64,000 bases of DNA, taken from NCBI RefSeq assembly GCF_024509035.1, contig NZ_JANINT010000014.1, positions 363 through 64,362 on the forward strand, given 5' to 3'. Of the stretch, positions 43,506 to 53,675 are shown in pieces. Under the pieces are notes generated by a model. The model ran no database searches, was not told where the DNA came from, and was given only the letters and a program-made list of their open reading frames with translations. The stretch's first letter is position 1. Every line of letters begins with the position of its first letter. Both the position numbers and the translations under genes were made by a program. This DNA comes from Nocardioides sp. GTDB lineage: Bacteria > Actinomycetota > Actinomycetes > Propionibacteriales > Nocardioidaceae.

Positions 43506-45809
43506 CTACTGCGTCACTCTGTAGGCGTCGAACACTCCCGGCACCGACCGCACCGCCTTGAGGACGTTGTCGAGGTGCTTGGCCTCGGCCATCTCGAAGG
43601 TGAAGCGACTCTTGGCGACCCGGTCGCGGGTCGTGGACAGGTTGGCGCTGAGGATGTCGACGTGGGCGTCGGAGAGCGCCATCGTGATGTCCGAGAGCAG
43701 CCGGGCCCGGTCGAGGGCCTCGACCTGGATGTTGACCAGGAAGCTGGACTGGCCGGTCGGCGCCCACTCGACGTCGAGGAGTCGCTCGGGCTGGGCCTGC
43801 AGGCTCGCGGCGTTGGTGCAGTTCTGGCGGTGCACGGAGACTCCTCCCCCCTTCGTCACGAACCCGAGGATCGGGTCGGGCGGGACCGGCGTGCAGCACT
43901 TGGCGAGCTTGACCCAGATGTCCGGCGCGCCCTTGACGATCACGCCGGAGTCGCCACCCGGCTGGACGTTGGACCGAGCCCGGCGCCCGGTGATCGTCAC
44001 GCCCTCGGCGAGGTCCTCCGCAGCGCCCTCGTCGCCGCCGTGGACGTCGATGACGCGACGGACGACCGACTGGGCCGAGAGGTTGCCCTCACCGACCGCG
44101 GCGTAGAGCGCAGAGACGTCGGCGAGCTTGAAGTGGCTGGCGGCCAGCATCAGCGACTCGTGCGACATCAGGCGCTTGAGGGGCAGGCCCTCCTTGCGCA
44201 TCAGCTTGGCGATCTGCTCCTTGCCGCGGTCGATCGCCTCCTCACGGCGCTCCTTGGTGAACCACTGGCGGATCTTGGACTTCGCGCGCGGCGACTTCAC
44301 GAAGCCCAGCCAGTCGCGCGACGGTCCGGCGGTGGGTGCCTTGGAGGTGAAGACCTCGACGACGTCGCCGTTCTCGAGCGCCGACTCCAACGGCACGAGG
44401 CGGCCGTTGACCCGGGCACCGATCGTGTGGTGTCCGACCTCGGTGTGGACGGCGTACGCGAAGTCGACCGGGGTCGCACCCGTCGGGAGCGCGATCACGT
44501 CACCGCGGGGCGTGAAGACGTAGACCTCGGCACGGTTGATCTCGAAGCGCAGCGACTCGAGGAACTCCCCCGGGTCCTCGACCTCGTTCTGCCAGTCGAG
44601 CAGCTGGCGCACCCACGTCATGTCGTCGAGGTCGCCCGCCCGGTCGGTGTCGACCCCGGCGCGGCCGTCCTCCTTGTACTTCCAGTGGGCGGCGACGCCG
44701 TACTCGGCGCGGCGGTGCATCGCGAACGTCCGGATCTGCAGCTCCACCGGCTTGCCCTGGGGCCCGATCACCGTGGTGTGCAGCGACTGGTACATGTTGA
44801 ACTTCGGCATCGCGACGTAGTCCTTGAACCGGCCCAGGACCGGGTTCCAGCGGGCGTGGAGGATGCCCAGGACCGTGTAGCAGTCGCGGTCGTTCTCGAC
44901 CAGCACGCGGATGCCGACCAGGTCGTAGATGTCGGAGAACTCGCGGCCCCCGACGATCATCTTCTGGTAGATCGAGTAGTAGTGCTTCGGTCGCCCGGTC
45001 ACCGACGCCTTGACCTTCGCCTCACGAAGGTCGGCCTCGACCTGGGCGATCACCTCGGCCAGGAACTGGTCGCGCGACGGCGCCCGCTCCGCAACCATCC
45101 GGACGATCTCGTCGTAGATCTTGGGGTGCAGGGTCGCGAACGCGAGGTCCTCGAGCTCCCACTTGATCGTGTTCATGCCGAGCCGGTGCGCGAGCGGCGC
45201 GTAGATGTCGAGGGTCTCGCGGGCGACCCGCTCCTGGGTCTCCTGCTTGACGTAGCGCAGCGTGCGCATGTTGTGGAGCCGGTCGGCGAGCTTGATGACC
45301 AGGACCCGGATGTCGCGCGACATCGCGACGATCATCTTGCGGATGGTCTCGGCCTGCGCGGAGTCGCCGTACTTGACCTTGTCGAGCTTGGTCACCCCGT
45401 CGACGAGCAGCGCGATCTCGTCACCGAAGTCGTGGCGCACCTGCTCGAGGGTGTACGGCGTGTCCTCGACCGTGTCGTGCAGCAGGGCCGCGGCCAGCGT
45501 CGGCTCGGTCATGCCGATGTCGGCGAGGATCGTGGTGACCGCGAGCGGGTGGGTGATGTAGGGGTCGCCGCTCTTGCGCGTCTGGGTGCCGTGCATCCGC
45601 TCCGCGGTCACGTAGGCCCGCTCGAGCAGCGCCAGGTCGGCCTTGGGGTGGTTGGCCCGCACCGAGCGGAACAGCGGCTCGAGGACCGGGTTGGCTCCCT
45701 GGTTGCGGGTCCCCATCCGGGCGAACCTCGCACGCATGCTGCGGGTGGACGGAGCCGGGTCCGAGGCGCGCCGCTCCTGCTCGGGAAGGGCGGTGCGTTC
45801 CTCGGTCAC
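43506..45809 (-). CDS. rel: bifunctional (p)ppGpp synthetase/hydrolase (long RSH)
   Basis: HD motif (LLHDTVED), [28 protein letters not shown] and ACT domains. Confidence 0.97.
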   Translation of the reverse strand: MTEERTALPEQERRASDPAPSTRSMRARFARMGTRNQGANPVLEPLFRSVRANHPKADLALLERAYVTAERMHGTQTRKSGDPYITHPLAVTTILADIGMTEPTLAAALLHDTVEDTPYTLEQVRHDFGDEIALLVDGVTKLDKVKYGDSAQAETIRKMIVAMSRDIRVLVIKLADRLHNMRTLRYVKQETQERVARETLDIYAPLAHRLGMNTIKWELEDLAFATLHPKIYDEIVRMVAERAPSRDQFLAEVIAQVEADLREAKVKASVTGRPKHYYSIYQKMIVGGREFSDIYDLVGIRVLVENDRDCYTVLGILHARWNPVLGRFKDYVAMPKFNMYQSLHTTVIGPQGKPVELQIRTFAMHRRAEYGVAAHWKYKEDGRAGVDTDRAGDLDDMTWVRQLLDWQNEVEDPGEFLESLRFEINRAEVYVFTPRGDVIALPTGATPVDFAYAVHTEVGHHTIGARVNGRLVPLESALENGDVVEVFTSKAPTAGPSRDWLGFVKSPRAKSKIRQWFTKERREEAIDRGKEQIAKLMRKEGLPLKRLMSHESLMLAASHFKLADVSALYAAVGEGNLSAQSVVRRVIDVHGGDEGAAEDLAEGVTITGRRARSNVQPGGDSGVIVKGAPDIWVKLAKCCTPVPPDPILGFVTKGGGVSVHRQNCTNAASLQAQPERLLDVEWAPTGQSSFLVNIQVEALDRARLLSDITMALSDAHVDILSANLSTTRDRVAKSRFTFEMAEAKHLDNVLKAVRSVPGVFDAYRVTQ

Positions 45810-45829
45810 TCGACCAGTCTACGTACGAC

Positions 45830-46387
45830 TCAGATCGTCAACAGCGTGGTGAGTGGCACCGTGCCGATCGCGGCCCGCCCGGAGAGGAATCCGAGCTCCA
45901 TCAGCATCGCCACCGCGTGCACGTCGGCGCCGCACTGCTCGACCAGGTCGATCGTGGCCCGGGCCGTGCCGCCGGTGGCGAGCACGTCGTCGACGAGCAG
46001 CACGCGGTCACCCGGCTCGAGCGCGTCCTGGTGCACCTCGAGGGTGGCCTCGCCGTACTCCAGGGCGTAGGAGACGGCGTACGTCGCGCGCGGCAGCTTG
46101 CCGGCCTTGCGCACGGGCACGAAGCCGACGCCGAGCGCCAGGGCGACCGGAGCGCCCAGGATGAAGCCGCGGGACTCCATGCCGAGCACCTTGTCGACCA
46201 CCACGGCGCCGCTGTCGTCACGACCGGGCGCCGCGAGCGCAGCCACGACCGCGGCGAGCGCCGCGTGGTCGGCGAGCATCGGGGTGATGTCCTTGAACAG
46301 GATCCCGGGCTCGGGGAAGTCCGGGACGTCGGCGATGAGCGCCAACGCCTCGTCCAGACCGGCCGCCGCGGAGGCGGGCAGGGTCAC
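45830..46387 (-). CDS. apt: adenine phosphoribosyltransferase
   Basis: DFPEPGILFKDIT, ESRGF, RKAGKLP, LLVDDVLATGGT; GTG start overlaps the secF stop. Confidence 0.95.
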   Translation of the reverse strand: MTLPASAAAGLDEALALIADVPDFPEPGILFKDITPMLADHAALAAVVAALAAPGRDDSGAVVVDKVLGMESRGFILGAPVALALGVGFVPVRKAGKLPRATYAVSYALEYGEATLEVHQDALEPGDRVLLVDDVLATGGTARATIDLVEQCGADVHAVAMLMELGFLSGRAAIGTVPLTTLLTI

Positions 46388-47640
46388 TTCTTGCCCCGCT
46401 TGGAGCGCGGCTGGCGTGTCGGCTGCTGCCGTCCACCGGCAGCGCTGGACGGGCGGACCGGACCGTGCGCCGGAGGCGCGACCCGTCCGCGGCCCGGCGC
46501 ACCCGAGGCCCGGTCCTGGGTGGGCGCCGCAGGCCGGGACGTCGGCACGTCGTCGATCTCGTCCAGCTCGTCGGGCCCATCGCCGGCACCGGGCTCGGCC
46601 GCGATCGGCATGTCCTCGCTGAACGTCGGGACGGAGGCGTAGCGGTCGGCCTCGACCTTCTTCTGCCGGGCCTTCTCGCGCTTCTCGGCCTGGAGCACGT
46701 CGGTCTCCCCCGCCTTGAGCTGCACGACCAGCGGGGTCGCGATGAAGATCGAGGAGTAGGCGCCGGCCGCCATGCCGACGAACAGCGCGAGCGCGAGGTC
46801 CTTCAGCGTGCTGGCGCCGAGCTGGACCGCACCGACGTAGAGGATCGCGCCGACCGGGATGAGCGCCACGATCGAGGTGTTGATCGAGCGCACCAGGGTC
46901 TGGTTGACCGCGAGGTTGGCGGCCTTGGCGTAGGTCGTCCGGCTCTCGCGGAGGTTCCTGGTGTTCTCGCGCACCTTGTCGAACACCACGACGGTGTCGT
47001 AGAGCGAGAAGCCGAGGATCGTGAGCAGACCTGTCACGGTCGCGGGCGTCACCTCGAAGCCCGACAGGGCGTAGACGCCGATCGTGATCACGACGTCGTG
47101 AGCGAGGGCCACGATCGCGGCGACCGACATCTTCCACTCGCGGAAGTACGCCCAGATGAACAGGACCACGAGGACGAGGAACACCACGAGGCCGGTCCCG
47201 GCCCGCTTGGCGATCTCCCGACCCCAGCTCGGTCCGATCTCGGTGGGGCTGATGTCGTCGTTCCCGACGCCGGTCGTCTGCTGGATGACGTCGGCGATCT
47301 CCGCGCTCTCCGCGGGGGACACCGGCTTGACCTGGACGAGGATGCCCGCGCTGCCGTTGCTGTTGACGACCGGCTGCTGCGCTGCGTCGATGCCCGTGTC
47401 AGCGACCGCCGCCCGCACGTCGTCGACCAGGCCCTGGTCGAGGTTCTCGACGTTGCTGACCTTGTACTCGGCGCCACCGACGAACTCGATGCCCATGTCC
47501 AGGCCCTTGACCGACAGGCCGAGGACGGCGAGGAGCACGATCACCGCCGAGATGGCGTACCACAGCCACTTCCGGCCGACGAAGTCGATCGACTTCTCGC
47601 CGGAGTAGAGGTCGTTGCCCAATCGCGAGAACTTGCCCAT
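46384..47640 (-). CDS. secF: protein translocase subunit SecF
   Basis: GIEFVGG, GFSLYDTVVVFDKVRE, RSINTS. Confidence 0.95.
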   Translation of the reverse strand: MGKFSRLGNDLYSGEKSIDFVGRKWLWYAISAVIVLLAVLGLSVKGLDMGIEFVGGAEYKVSNVENLDQGLVDDVRAAVADTGIDAAQQPVVNSNGSAGILVQVKPVSPAESAEIADVIQQTTGVGNDDISPTEIGPSWGREIAKRAGTGLVVFLVLVVLFIWAYFREWKMSVAAIVALAHDVVITIGVYALSGFEVTPATVTGLLTILGFSLYDTVVVFDKVRENTRNLRESRTTYAKAANLAVNQTLVRSINTSIVALIPVGAILYVGAVQLGASTLKDLALALFVGMAAGAYSSIFIATPLVVQLKAGETDVLQAEKREKARQKKVEADRYASVPTFSEDMPIAAEPGAGDGPDELDEIDDVPTSRPAAPTQDRASGAPGRGRVAPPAHGPVRPSSAAGGRQQPTRQPRSKRGKK

Positions 47641-49436
47641 CAGGCCCTCCCTCCCACGGTGTTGATCCGGTGGACACCGAGCGCCTCGGCGTCGAGCCCG
47701 GAGAGCTTGTGCCCCCGGTTGAAGAACGAGTACTTGCCCAGCACGCTGACGAGCGGGTGGGTGAACCAGAAGAAGATCGCGAGGTCGATGAGCGTGGAGA
47801 CGCCCAGCGTGAACGCGAAGCCCTTCACGACTCCCGTCGCGAAGATGTAGAGCACGACCGCGGCCAGCAGCGAGACCGCGTCGGCTGCGACACAGGTGCC
47901 CCGGGCGCGCTTCCAGCCGGCCTGGACCGCCACCCGCATCGACTTCCCGTCGCGCATCTCGTCACGGATGCGCTCGAAGTAGACGATGAACGAGTCGGCG
48001 GTGATGCCGACGGCGACGATCAGCCCGGCGATGCCGGGCAGGGTGAGCGTGAAGCCGGCCGACTTGCTCAGCAGCAGGACCGTCGAGTAGGTCACGATGC
48101 CGGCGACCACGAGCGAGGCGATCACCACCAGGCCGAGGCCGCGGTAGTAGATCAGGCAGTAGAGCATCACCAGGACGAGGCCGACGATGCCGGCGAGGAT
48201 GCCCGCGGAGAGCTGGTCGCCCGCCAGCGAGGCGCCGATCTGCTCGACCGAGGTCGCCTCCTTGTCGAAGGCGATCGGGAGTGCGCCGTACTTCAGGCTG
48301 GTGGCCAGCGACTGGGCCGACGACTTGGTGAAGTTGCCGCTGATCTGCGCCTGGCCGTTGGGGATCGGGCCGTCGAAGCCAGGGCTGGAGATGACCTGGC
48401 CGTCGAGGACGATCGCGAAGCGCTGCCCGGTGCTCACCATGACCCGCGAGAGATCGGCGAACACCTGCTTGCCCTCGCCGCCGATCTCCAGCTGGACGAT
48501 CCAGTTCACCTGCTGCTGCGGCACGACCGCGTCGGCACTCTTGAGGTCGGTGCCCTCGACCGCGGCCGGCGAGAGCAGGTACTTGACGTTCGCGTCCCCC
48601 TCCGCCTCGGTGCCACAGGTGACCAGGAAGGTGTCGGGCTTGTCCTCGACCGTGCCCTTGGCCGGGCAGGTGTAGGCGTTGTAGGCCTCGATCGCCGCCT
48701 TGCCCGGGTCGTCCATGAAGTCCAGCGCCATCTGCGCCTTGTCGTCGGTCGCGGGGGCCGGCGCCTCGGACCCGGCGGGCGAATCACTGGGCGACTCGCT
48801 GGGCGACTCGCTGGGCGACTCGCTGGGCGACGCGGAGCCCGACTCGGAGGGCGTGGCCGAGGGGCTCGTGCTCGCCTTCGTGCCGGGCTGCTTGCTGGGC
48901 TTGGCGCCCGGCTTGGCCAACACGCCCGGCCGGTTCTTGGGGCTGCCGGTGGTCTTGTCCGACGGCTGGGCCGACGGCTTGTCGGAGGACTGGGCCGAGG
49001 GCTGCTCGGAGGGCAGGATCGACGCACCGTCGCTCGGCGCCGTCGGGCCACTGGTCGTGCCACACGGTCCTGGGTCGAGGCTGGAGCACGCGACGGTGCG
49101 GAACCGCAGCTGCGCGGTGCGGGTGGCCAGGCCGACCAGCGAGTTCGAGGTGGGGCCGGGGATCTCGACGACGATGTTCCGCCCGCCCTGCGTGGTCACC
49201 TCGGCCTCAGCCACACCCGACCCGTTCACGCGCTGGTCGATGATGCCGGCGGCCTCCTTGAGGTTCGCAGAGGTCGGGTTGCCGGTGGCGGTCATCGTGA
49301 TGCGGGTGCCGCCCTTGAGGTCCAGGCCCAGGGCCGGCTTCCAGGTGCCTCCGAGGGCAACGAGGCCATAGGAGATCGCCACCACCAGGGAGAACACCAC
49401 CAGGGTGCGTCCGGGGCGGAACGCCTTGCGTGCCAT
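47640..49436 (-). CDS. secD: protein translocase subunit SecD
   Basis: LGLDLKGG, GITADSFIVYFERIRDE, VKGFA; start chosen at MARK. Confidence 0.95.
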   Translation of the reverse strand: MARKAFRPGRTLVVFSLVVAISYGLVALGGTWKPALGLDLKGGTRITMTATGNPTSANLKEAAGIIDQRVNGSGVAEAEVTTQGGRNIVVEIPGPTSNSLVGLATRTAQLRFRTVACSSLDPGPCGTTSGPTAPSDGASILPSEQPSAQSSDKPSAQPSDKTTGSPKNRPGVLAKPGAKPSKQPGTKASTSPSATPSESGSASPSESPSESPSESPSDSPAGSEAPAPATDDKAQMALDFMDDPGKAAIEAYNAYTCPAKGTVEDKPDTFLVTCGTEAEGDANVKYLLSPAAVEGTDLKSADAVVPQQQVNWIVQLEIGGEGKQVFADLSRVMVSTGQRFAIVLDGQVISSPGFDGPIPNGQAQISGNFTKSSAQSLATSLKYGALPIAFDKEATSVEQIGASLAGDQLSAGILAGIVGLVLVMLYCLIYYRGLGLVVIASLVVAGIVTYSTVLLLSKSAGFTLTLPGIAGLIVAVGITADSFIVYFERIRDEMRDGKSMRVAVQAGWKRARGTCVAADAVSLLAAVVLYIFATGVVKGFAFTLGVSTLIDLAIFFWFTHPLVSVLGKYSFFNRGHKLSGLDAEALGVHRINTVGGRA

Positions 49437-49437
49437 G

Positions 49438-49761
49438 TCAGCTCTCCTCCGGGCCGGAGGCGCTCCCCGGCTGGTCATCGATCGCGTCCGACCCGTCCGC
49501 CGGCCCGTCGATCTTGTTCGCGATCGTCCCGACCGCGCCGCGCGCGACCTTGATGCTCACCCCGGGCGCCACCTCGACGAGCAGGTGACCGTCGTGGAGC
49601 TCGCGCACCGTTCCGTAGACCCCGGAGGTGAGGACGATCTCGTCTCCCACCGTCAACGAGGACTGCATGCGTCCGAGTTCCTTCTGTCGCCGACTGGCTG
49701 GCCGGATGATGAACAGCCAGAAGAGCAGGGCGATGCCGACGAGCGGCAACAACTCCAGCAC
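49438..49761 (-). CDS. yajC: preprotein translocase subunit YajC
   Basis: TM then IIRP...QK...MQSSL.VGDEIVLTSGVYGTV. Confidence 0.9.
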   Translation of the reverse strand: MLELLPLVGIALLFWLFIIRPASRRQKELGRMQSSLTVGDEIVLTSGVYGTVRELHDGHLLVEVAPGVSIKVARGAVGTIANKIDGPADGSDAIDDQPGSASGPEES

Positions 49762-49940
49762 AGAACAACCTCTCGGACGAGCTCGAACGACCTTGGCCGC
49801 CCTGGGGCCACCCCCGGGACGACCGTGGCACCAGCGGGCTCGCGAGCGGGCTCGCCGGTGCGCAGCCCAGAGCGGGCCGGTCGACGGGCAAGCATAACCG
49901 TGCGGGCACTCGGCCCGGCCATTCCGGGGTGCCCCGCGCG

Positions 49941-51023
49941 TCAGTCGTCGAAGAGGGGCGCGTCGCCGTCCGGGAGGTTCAGCGCCGGAGGCGGGGTCAG
50001 ACCGAGGTGCTGCCACGCGGCCGGTGTCGCGATCCTGCCGCGGGGCGTCCGGGCGAGGAATCCGTTGCGCACCAGGAACGGCTCGGCCACCTCCTCCACG
50101 GTCTCGCGCTCCTCTCCCACGGCGACGGCCAGGGTCGCGACACCGACCGGACCGCCGCCGAAGCGGCGGCACAGCACGTCCAGCACCGCACGGTCGAGGC
50201 GGTCGAGGCCGAGCTGGTCGACCTCGTAGAGGTCGAGCGCGTCATGGGCGACCTCGAGGGTGACGAGGCCGTCGGCACGCACCTGGGCGTAGTCGCGGAC
50301 CCGGCGCAGCAGGCGGTTGGCGATACGCGGCGTACCGCGCGAGCGCGACGCGATCTCCGCGGTCCCCTCGGGGAGCGCGTGCACGTCGAGCAGGCGGGCC
50401 GACCGCTGGATGATCGTGTCGAGCTCGTCGGGCTCGTAGAACTCCAGGTGGGCGGTGAAGCCGAACCGGTCGCGCAGTGGACCGGGCAACAGGCCGGCAC
50501 GCGTGGTGGCGCCGACCAGGGTGAACGGCGGGATCTCCAGCGGGATCGCAGTGGCGCCGGGGCCCTTGCCGATGACCACGTCGACCCGGAAGTCCTCCAT
50601 CGCCATGTAGAGCATCTCCTCGGCCGGCCGCGACATCCGGTGGATCTCGTCGACGAAGAGGACGTCACCCTCGTTCATGCCGGACAGGATCGCCGCGAGG
50701 TCGCCTGCGTGGGTGATCGCCGGCCCGCTCGTGAGCCGCAGCGGGGCGCTCATCTCGCTGGCGATGATCATCGCCAGCGTGGTCTTGCCGAGCCCCGGAG
50801 GACCTGAGAGCAGCACGTGGTCGGGCGCGCGGCCGCGGCGACGAGCCGCCTCGAGCACCAGCCCGAGCTGGTCGCGGACCCGGACCTGCCCGACGACCTC
50901 GTCGAGCGTCCGCGGGCGCAGCGCGGCCTCGACCGCCCGCTCGTCGCCGTCGGCCTCGACCGCGGTCAAGGAGCGGTAGTGCGCGGCCTCGGCCGCCTCG
51001 AGGTCCTCCTCGCGGAAGGTCAT
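49941..51023 (-). CDS. ruvB: Holliday junction branch migration helicase RuvB
   Basis: [26 protein letters not shown] and [11 protein letters not shown] motifs. Confidence 0.97.
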   Translation of the reverse strand: MTFREEDLEAAEAAHYRSLTAVEADGDERAVEAALRPRTLDEVVGQVRVRDQLGLVLEAARRRGRAPDHVLLSGPPGLGKTTLAMIIASEMSAPLRLTSGPAITHAGDLAAILSGMNEGDVLFVDEIHRMSRPAEEMLYMAMEDFRVDVVIGKGPGATAIPLEIPPFTLVGATTRAGLLPGPLRDRFGFTAHLEFYEPDELDTIIQRSARLLDVHALPEGTAEIASRSRGTPRIANRLLRRVRDYAQVRADGLVTLEVAHDALDLYEVDQLGLDRLDRAVLDVLCRRFGGGPVGVATLAVAVGEERETVEEVAEPFLVRNGFLARTPRGRIATPAAWQHLGLTPPPALNLPDGDAPLFDD

Positions 51024-51027
51024 CGCC

Positions 51028-51627
51028 TCAGGCCTTGCTCAACGTGCGTAGGGCCGCGCGCAGGAGCGCAGCGACATCGGGCATCTCGCCGGCCTCGGGC
51101 GCCACGGCGTCGATCGCCTTCTCGGCGTCCCGCGCCGGCCAGCCGAGACCCACCAGGCCCTGGTGGACCTGGTCGCGCCACGCGGCGGCCGGGACTGCGG
51201 CCGCGGTGGACCGACCGGCCCCGGTCGGCGCGCCGATGCGGTCGCGCAGCTCGAGGATGATGCGCTGCGCGCCCTTCTGACCGATGCCGGGCACCCGGGT
51301 GAGGGTCTTGACGTCGTCGCCGGAGATCGCGAGGCGCAGGTCGTCGGGCGAGAGCACCGCGAGCATCGCCTGGGCGAGCTTGGGCCCGACACCGGAGGCG
51401 GTCTGCAGCAGCTCGAAGGTCTGCTTCTCGTCCTCGTCGGCGAACCCGAAGAGCGTCAGCGAGTCCTCGCGGACGACCATGCTGGTGGGCAGGATCGCCT
51501 GCTGGCCGATGCGCAGGCCCGCGAGCGTCCCGGGCGTGCACATGACGTCGAGCCCGACTCCCCCGACCTCCACCACCGCGCTCGAGAGGGTCACCGCGGC
51601 CACCTGGCCGCGCACGAAGGCGATCAC
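51028..51627 (-). CDS. ruvA: Holliday junction DNA-binding protein RuvA
   Basis: [19 protein letters not shown] and PGIGQKGA HhH motifs. Confidence 0.96.
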   Translation of the reverse strand: MIAFVRGQVAAVTLSSAVVEVGGVGLDVMCTPGTLAGLRIGQQAILPTSMVVREDSLTLFGFADEDEKQTFELLQTASGVGPKLAQAMLAVLSPDDLRLAISGDDVKTLTRVPGIGQKGAQRIILELRDRIGAPTGAGRSTAAAVPAAAWRDQVHQGLVGLGWPARDAEKAIDAVAPEAGEMPDVAALLRAALRTLSKA

Positions 51628-52157
51628 GATCTGCTCCTCACGTGCTGTCGGGCGGCGGCGACCGCCGCGTCGATGCGTGCTTGGGCGCCTCCGCGCCAGA
51701 TGTGGGTGATGGCGAGAGCCAGGGCGTCCGCAGCGTCGGCGGGCTTGGGCATGGCGTCCAGCCGGAGGATGCGGGTCACCATGGCTCCGACCTGCGCCTT
51801 GTCGGCGCGGCCGTTGCCGGACACCGCGGCCTTGACCTCACTGGGCGTGTGCAGCGCGATCGGGAGCCCACGGCGCGCGGCCACCACCATCGCGACACCG
51901 CTCGCCTGGGCGGTGCCCATCACGGTGCTGACGTCGGAGCGGGCGAAGACACGCTCGATCGCCACGGCATCAGGGGCGTGCTCCTCGATCCACGCCTCGA
52001 CCCCGCGCTCGATCGTGACCAGGCGCTGCGGCACCGGCAGGTCGGCCGAGGTGCGCAGGACGTTGACGTCCACCAGGCTCAGCGGTCGGCCCATCGAGCC
52101 CTCGACCACGCCCATGCCGCAGCGGGTCAGGCCGGGGTCGATCCCGAGCACACGCAT
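51624..52157 (-). CDS. ruvC: crossover junction endodeoxyribonuclease RuvC
   Basis: [20 protein letters not shown] and DAADALA motifs. Confidence 0.97.
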   Translation of the reverse strand: MRVLGIDPGLTRCGMGVVEGSMGRPLSLVDVNVLRTSADLPVPQRLVTIERGVEAWIEEHAPDAVAIERVFARSDVSTVMGTAQASGVAMVVAARRGLPIALHTPSEVKAAVSGNGRADKAQVGAMVTRILRLDAMPKPADAADALALAITHIWRGGAQARIDAAVAAARQHVRSRS

Positions 52158-52172
52158 ATTGAGGCCTTCCGT

Positions 52173-52199
52173 CCGAACAGGTGTTCGGAGCTAACGCTA
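52173..52199 (-). promoter_or_regulatory. LexA (SOS) box and -10 element of ruvCAB
   Basis: cCGAAC-AGGT-GTTCGg at 52173-52188 matches the actinobacterial CGAAC-N4-GTTCG consensus; TAGCGT on the minus strand at 52199-52194. Confidence 0.85.
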
Positions 52200-52236
52200 G
52201 CCGCCGTCGGCCCGCGAGCTCGTAGGACACGCCCGG

Positions 52237-52330
52237 CTGCTGTCGCCCGACTGCTGTCGCCCGGCGATGATCCCCCGGCGATGATCCCCGAGCGATGATC
52301 CCCCGGCGGTGCACCCGGCGATGCACCCGG
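52237..52330. repeat. degenerate tandem array with 14/12-bp period
   Basis: ctgctgtcgccc x2; ccggcgatgatccc-type x3 (52261-52302); ccggcg(g/a)tgcac x2. Confidence 0.85.
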
Positions 52331-52352
52331 GTCTCGGGGCGGAGCGACCATT

Positions 52353-53658
52353 CGCTGTAACGCCGTGTCACCCCGCCTCCTCAGGATGCTGCATCAGGGT
52401 CGCAAGGTGGGGCAACAGGGCGTGACACCCATCCGTCGGCCTGCCCCCCAGATGCTCACAGCCAGGGCGACGATCGCGTCGTCCACAGGGCGGGGAATCG
52501 ATCGGTGCGCCAGTGTCGAGCCCAGGTGAGCCTTCCGTTGATGTTCGCACGCCACCCTCTCCTCACGCCCGATCCTCACGGCCTCATCACCCGCCGCCGG
52601 GCTACCGCTGCCGGCCTCGACGACGCCGATCTCCGCCACTTGGTGAAGCACGGCGAGCTCGTGCGGCTTCGCCGAGGCGTCTTCGTCCCGAGCGACCACT
52701 GGGCCTCTCTCGGCGAGTTCTACGGACGTCCCCTGCTCCGGATCCGCGCGGCACAGGCGTGCCTGCGCTCTGACCACGTGCTCAGCCATGACTCGGCGGC
52801 CATGCTGCTGGATCTCGGTTGTCCGGACCCTCGCACGGCGTCGGTCCACGTCACGCGGCCGAAGGTCCACGGCGACGCCGACCGGGCCGGCATCAAGCAT
52901 CACCTGGCTCCGTATGCCGACCATCAGGTGGTCACCCTGGACGGTCTCCGGATGCTCGACCGCGCGCGCACGGCGCTCGACATGGCTCGGGAGCACGGGC
53001 TGGTCGCAGGTGTCGCCTGCTGCGATGCCGCTCTCCGCCTTGGCGTGACGCAGGAGGACCTGGCAGCGGCTCGATCCGCGATGCGGTGCTGGCCAGGGAG
53101 CCGGGTGATGGACGCGGCGATGCGGCTCGCCGACCCCGGGTCGGAGTCGTGGCTGGAGTCCGAGGCGCGCCTGCTGGTGACGTCTCTGGACATCGGACGA
53201 CCCGAGACCCAGTTCGGGCTGACCGACGGCACACGCACCGTCTGGTGCGACATGAGAGTCGGCCGACATCTGTTCGAGGCCGACGGCTACCTGAAGTACA
53301 CCGCAGCCCATGCGCTCGGTCTCGACCCCGGACGGGTCCTGCGTGAGGAGAAGCAACGACAGGACTTCATCAGCGGGTTCAAGCTCGGCGTCTCGCGCAT
53401 CACCGCGACCGACTGCCACTCCGGCCGCGACAACGCTCGGGCCAGGCTCGCGCGGGAGTACGCCGACACCTGCGCCCGGTTCGGCACCGACATCTCAGAC
53501 CTGGCGCCGTACGTCGTCCGACGGCGGCGGCCGCTCGCCGCCTGATGGCGCTGACATCGCCCAGCGCTCTGCCGATCGGCAGTTGTAACGCCGTGTTACC
53601 CATCCTTCGCACCATGATGCAACCCGGTGGGAGGGGTGGGTAAACGGGCGTTACAGCG
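52353..53658. mobile_element. putative palindrome-flanked nuclease cassette (no transposase)
   Basis: Perfect 12-bp outer IR CGCTGTAACGCC; two 76-nt hairpin elements (52354-52429 and 53582-53657) in inverted orientation, 52/76 identical by hand; interrupts yebC-ruvC adjacency. Confidence 0.6.
52541..53545 (+). CDS. AbiEi-type N-terminal HTH plus DUF559/Vsr-like PD-(D/E)XK domain protein
   Basis: HGLITRRRA...G.LVRLRRGVF N-terminus; C-terminal SESWLES...PETQ...CDM...FEADG..KY...EK.RQD...RIT..D. Start could be GTG 52526. Confidence 0.8.
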   Translation: MFARHPLLTPDPHGLITRRRATAAGLDDADLRHLVKHGELVRLRRGVFVPSDHWASLGEFYGRPLLRIRAAQACLRSDHVLSHDSAAMLLDLGCPDPRTASVHVTRPKVHGDADRAGIKHHLAPYADHQVVTLDGLRMLDRARTALDMAREHGLVAGVACCDAALRLGVTQEDLAAARSAMRCWPGSRVMDAAMRLADPGSESWLESEARLLVTSLDIGRPETQFGLTDGTRTVWCDMRVGRHLFEADGYLKYTAAHALGLDPGRVLREEKQRQDFISGFKLGVSRITATDCHSGRDNARARLAREYADTCARFGTDISDLAPYVVRRRRPLAA

Positions 53659-53675
53659 GCGGTCGACCGCCCCGA

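Noticed and set aside
48781-48830. 12-bp tandem repeat in secD (SPSE x3-4)
   Set aside because: Ordinary low-complexity linker in the extracytoplasmic domain of actinobacterial SecD.
52541-53545. Type IV (AbiE) toxin-antitoxin system
   Set aside because: No adjacent nucleotidyltransferase toxin ORF; the flanks are palindromes and housekeeping genes.
52330-53675. Target-site duplication around the cassette
   Set aside because: No direct repeat was found immediately outside the 12-bp IRs, so a classical IS call is unsupported.
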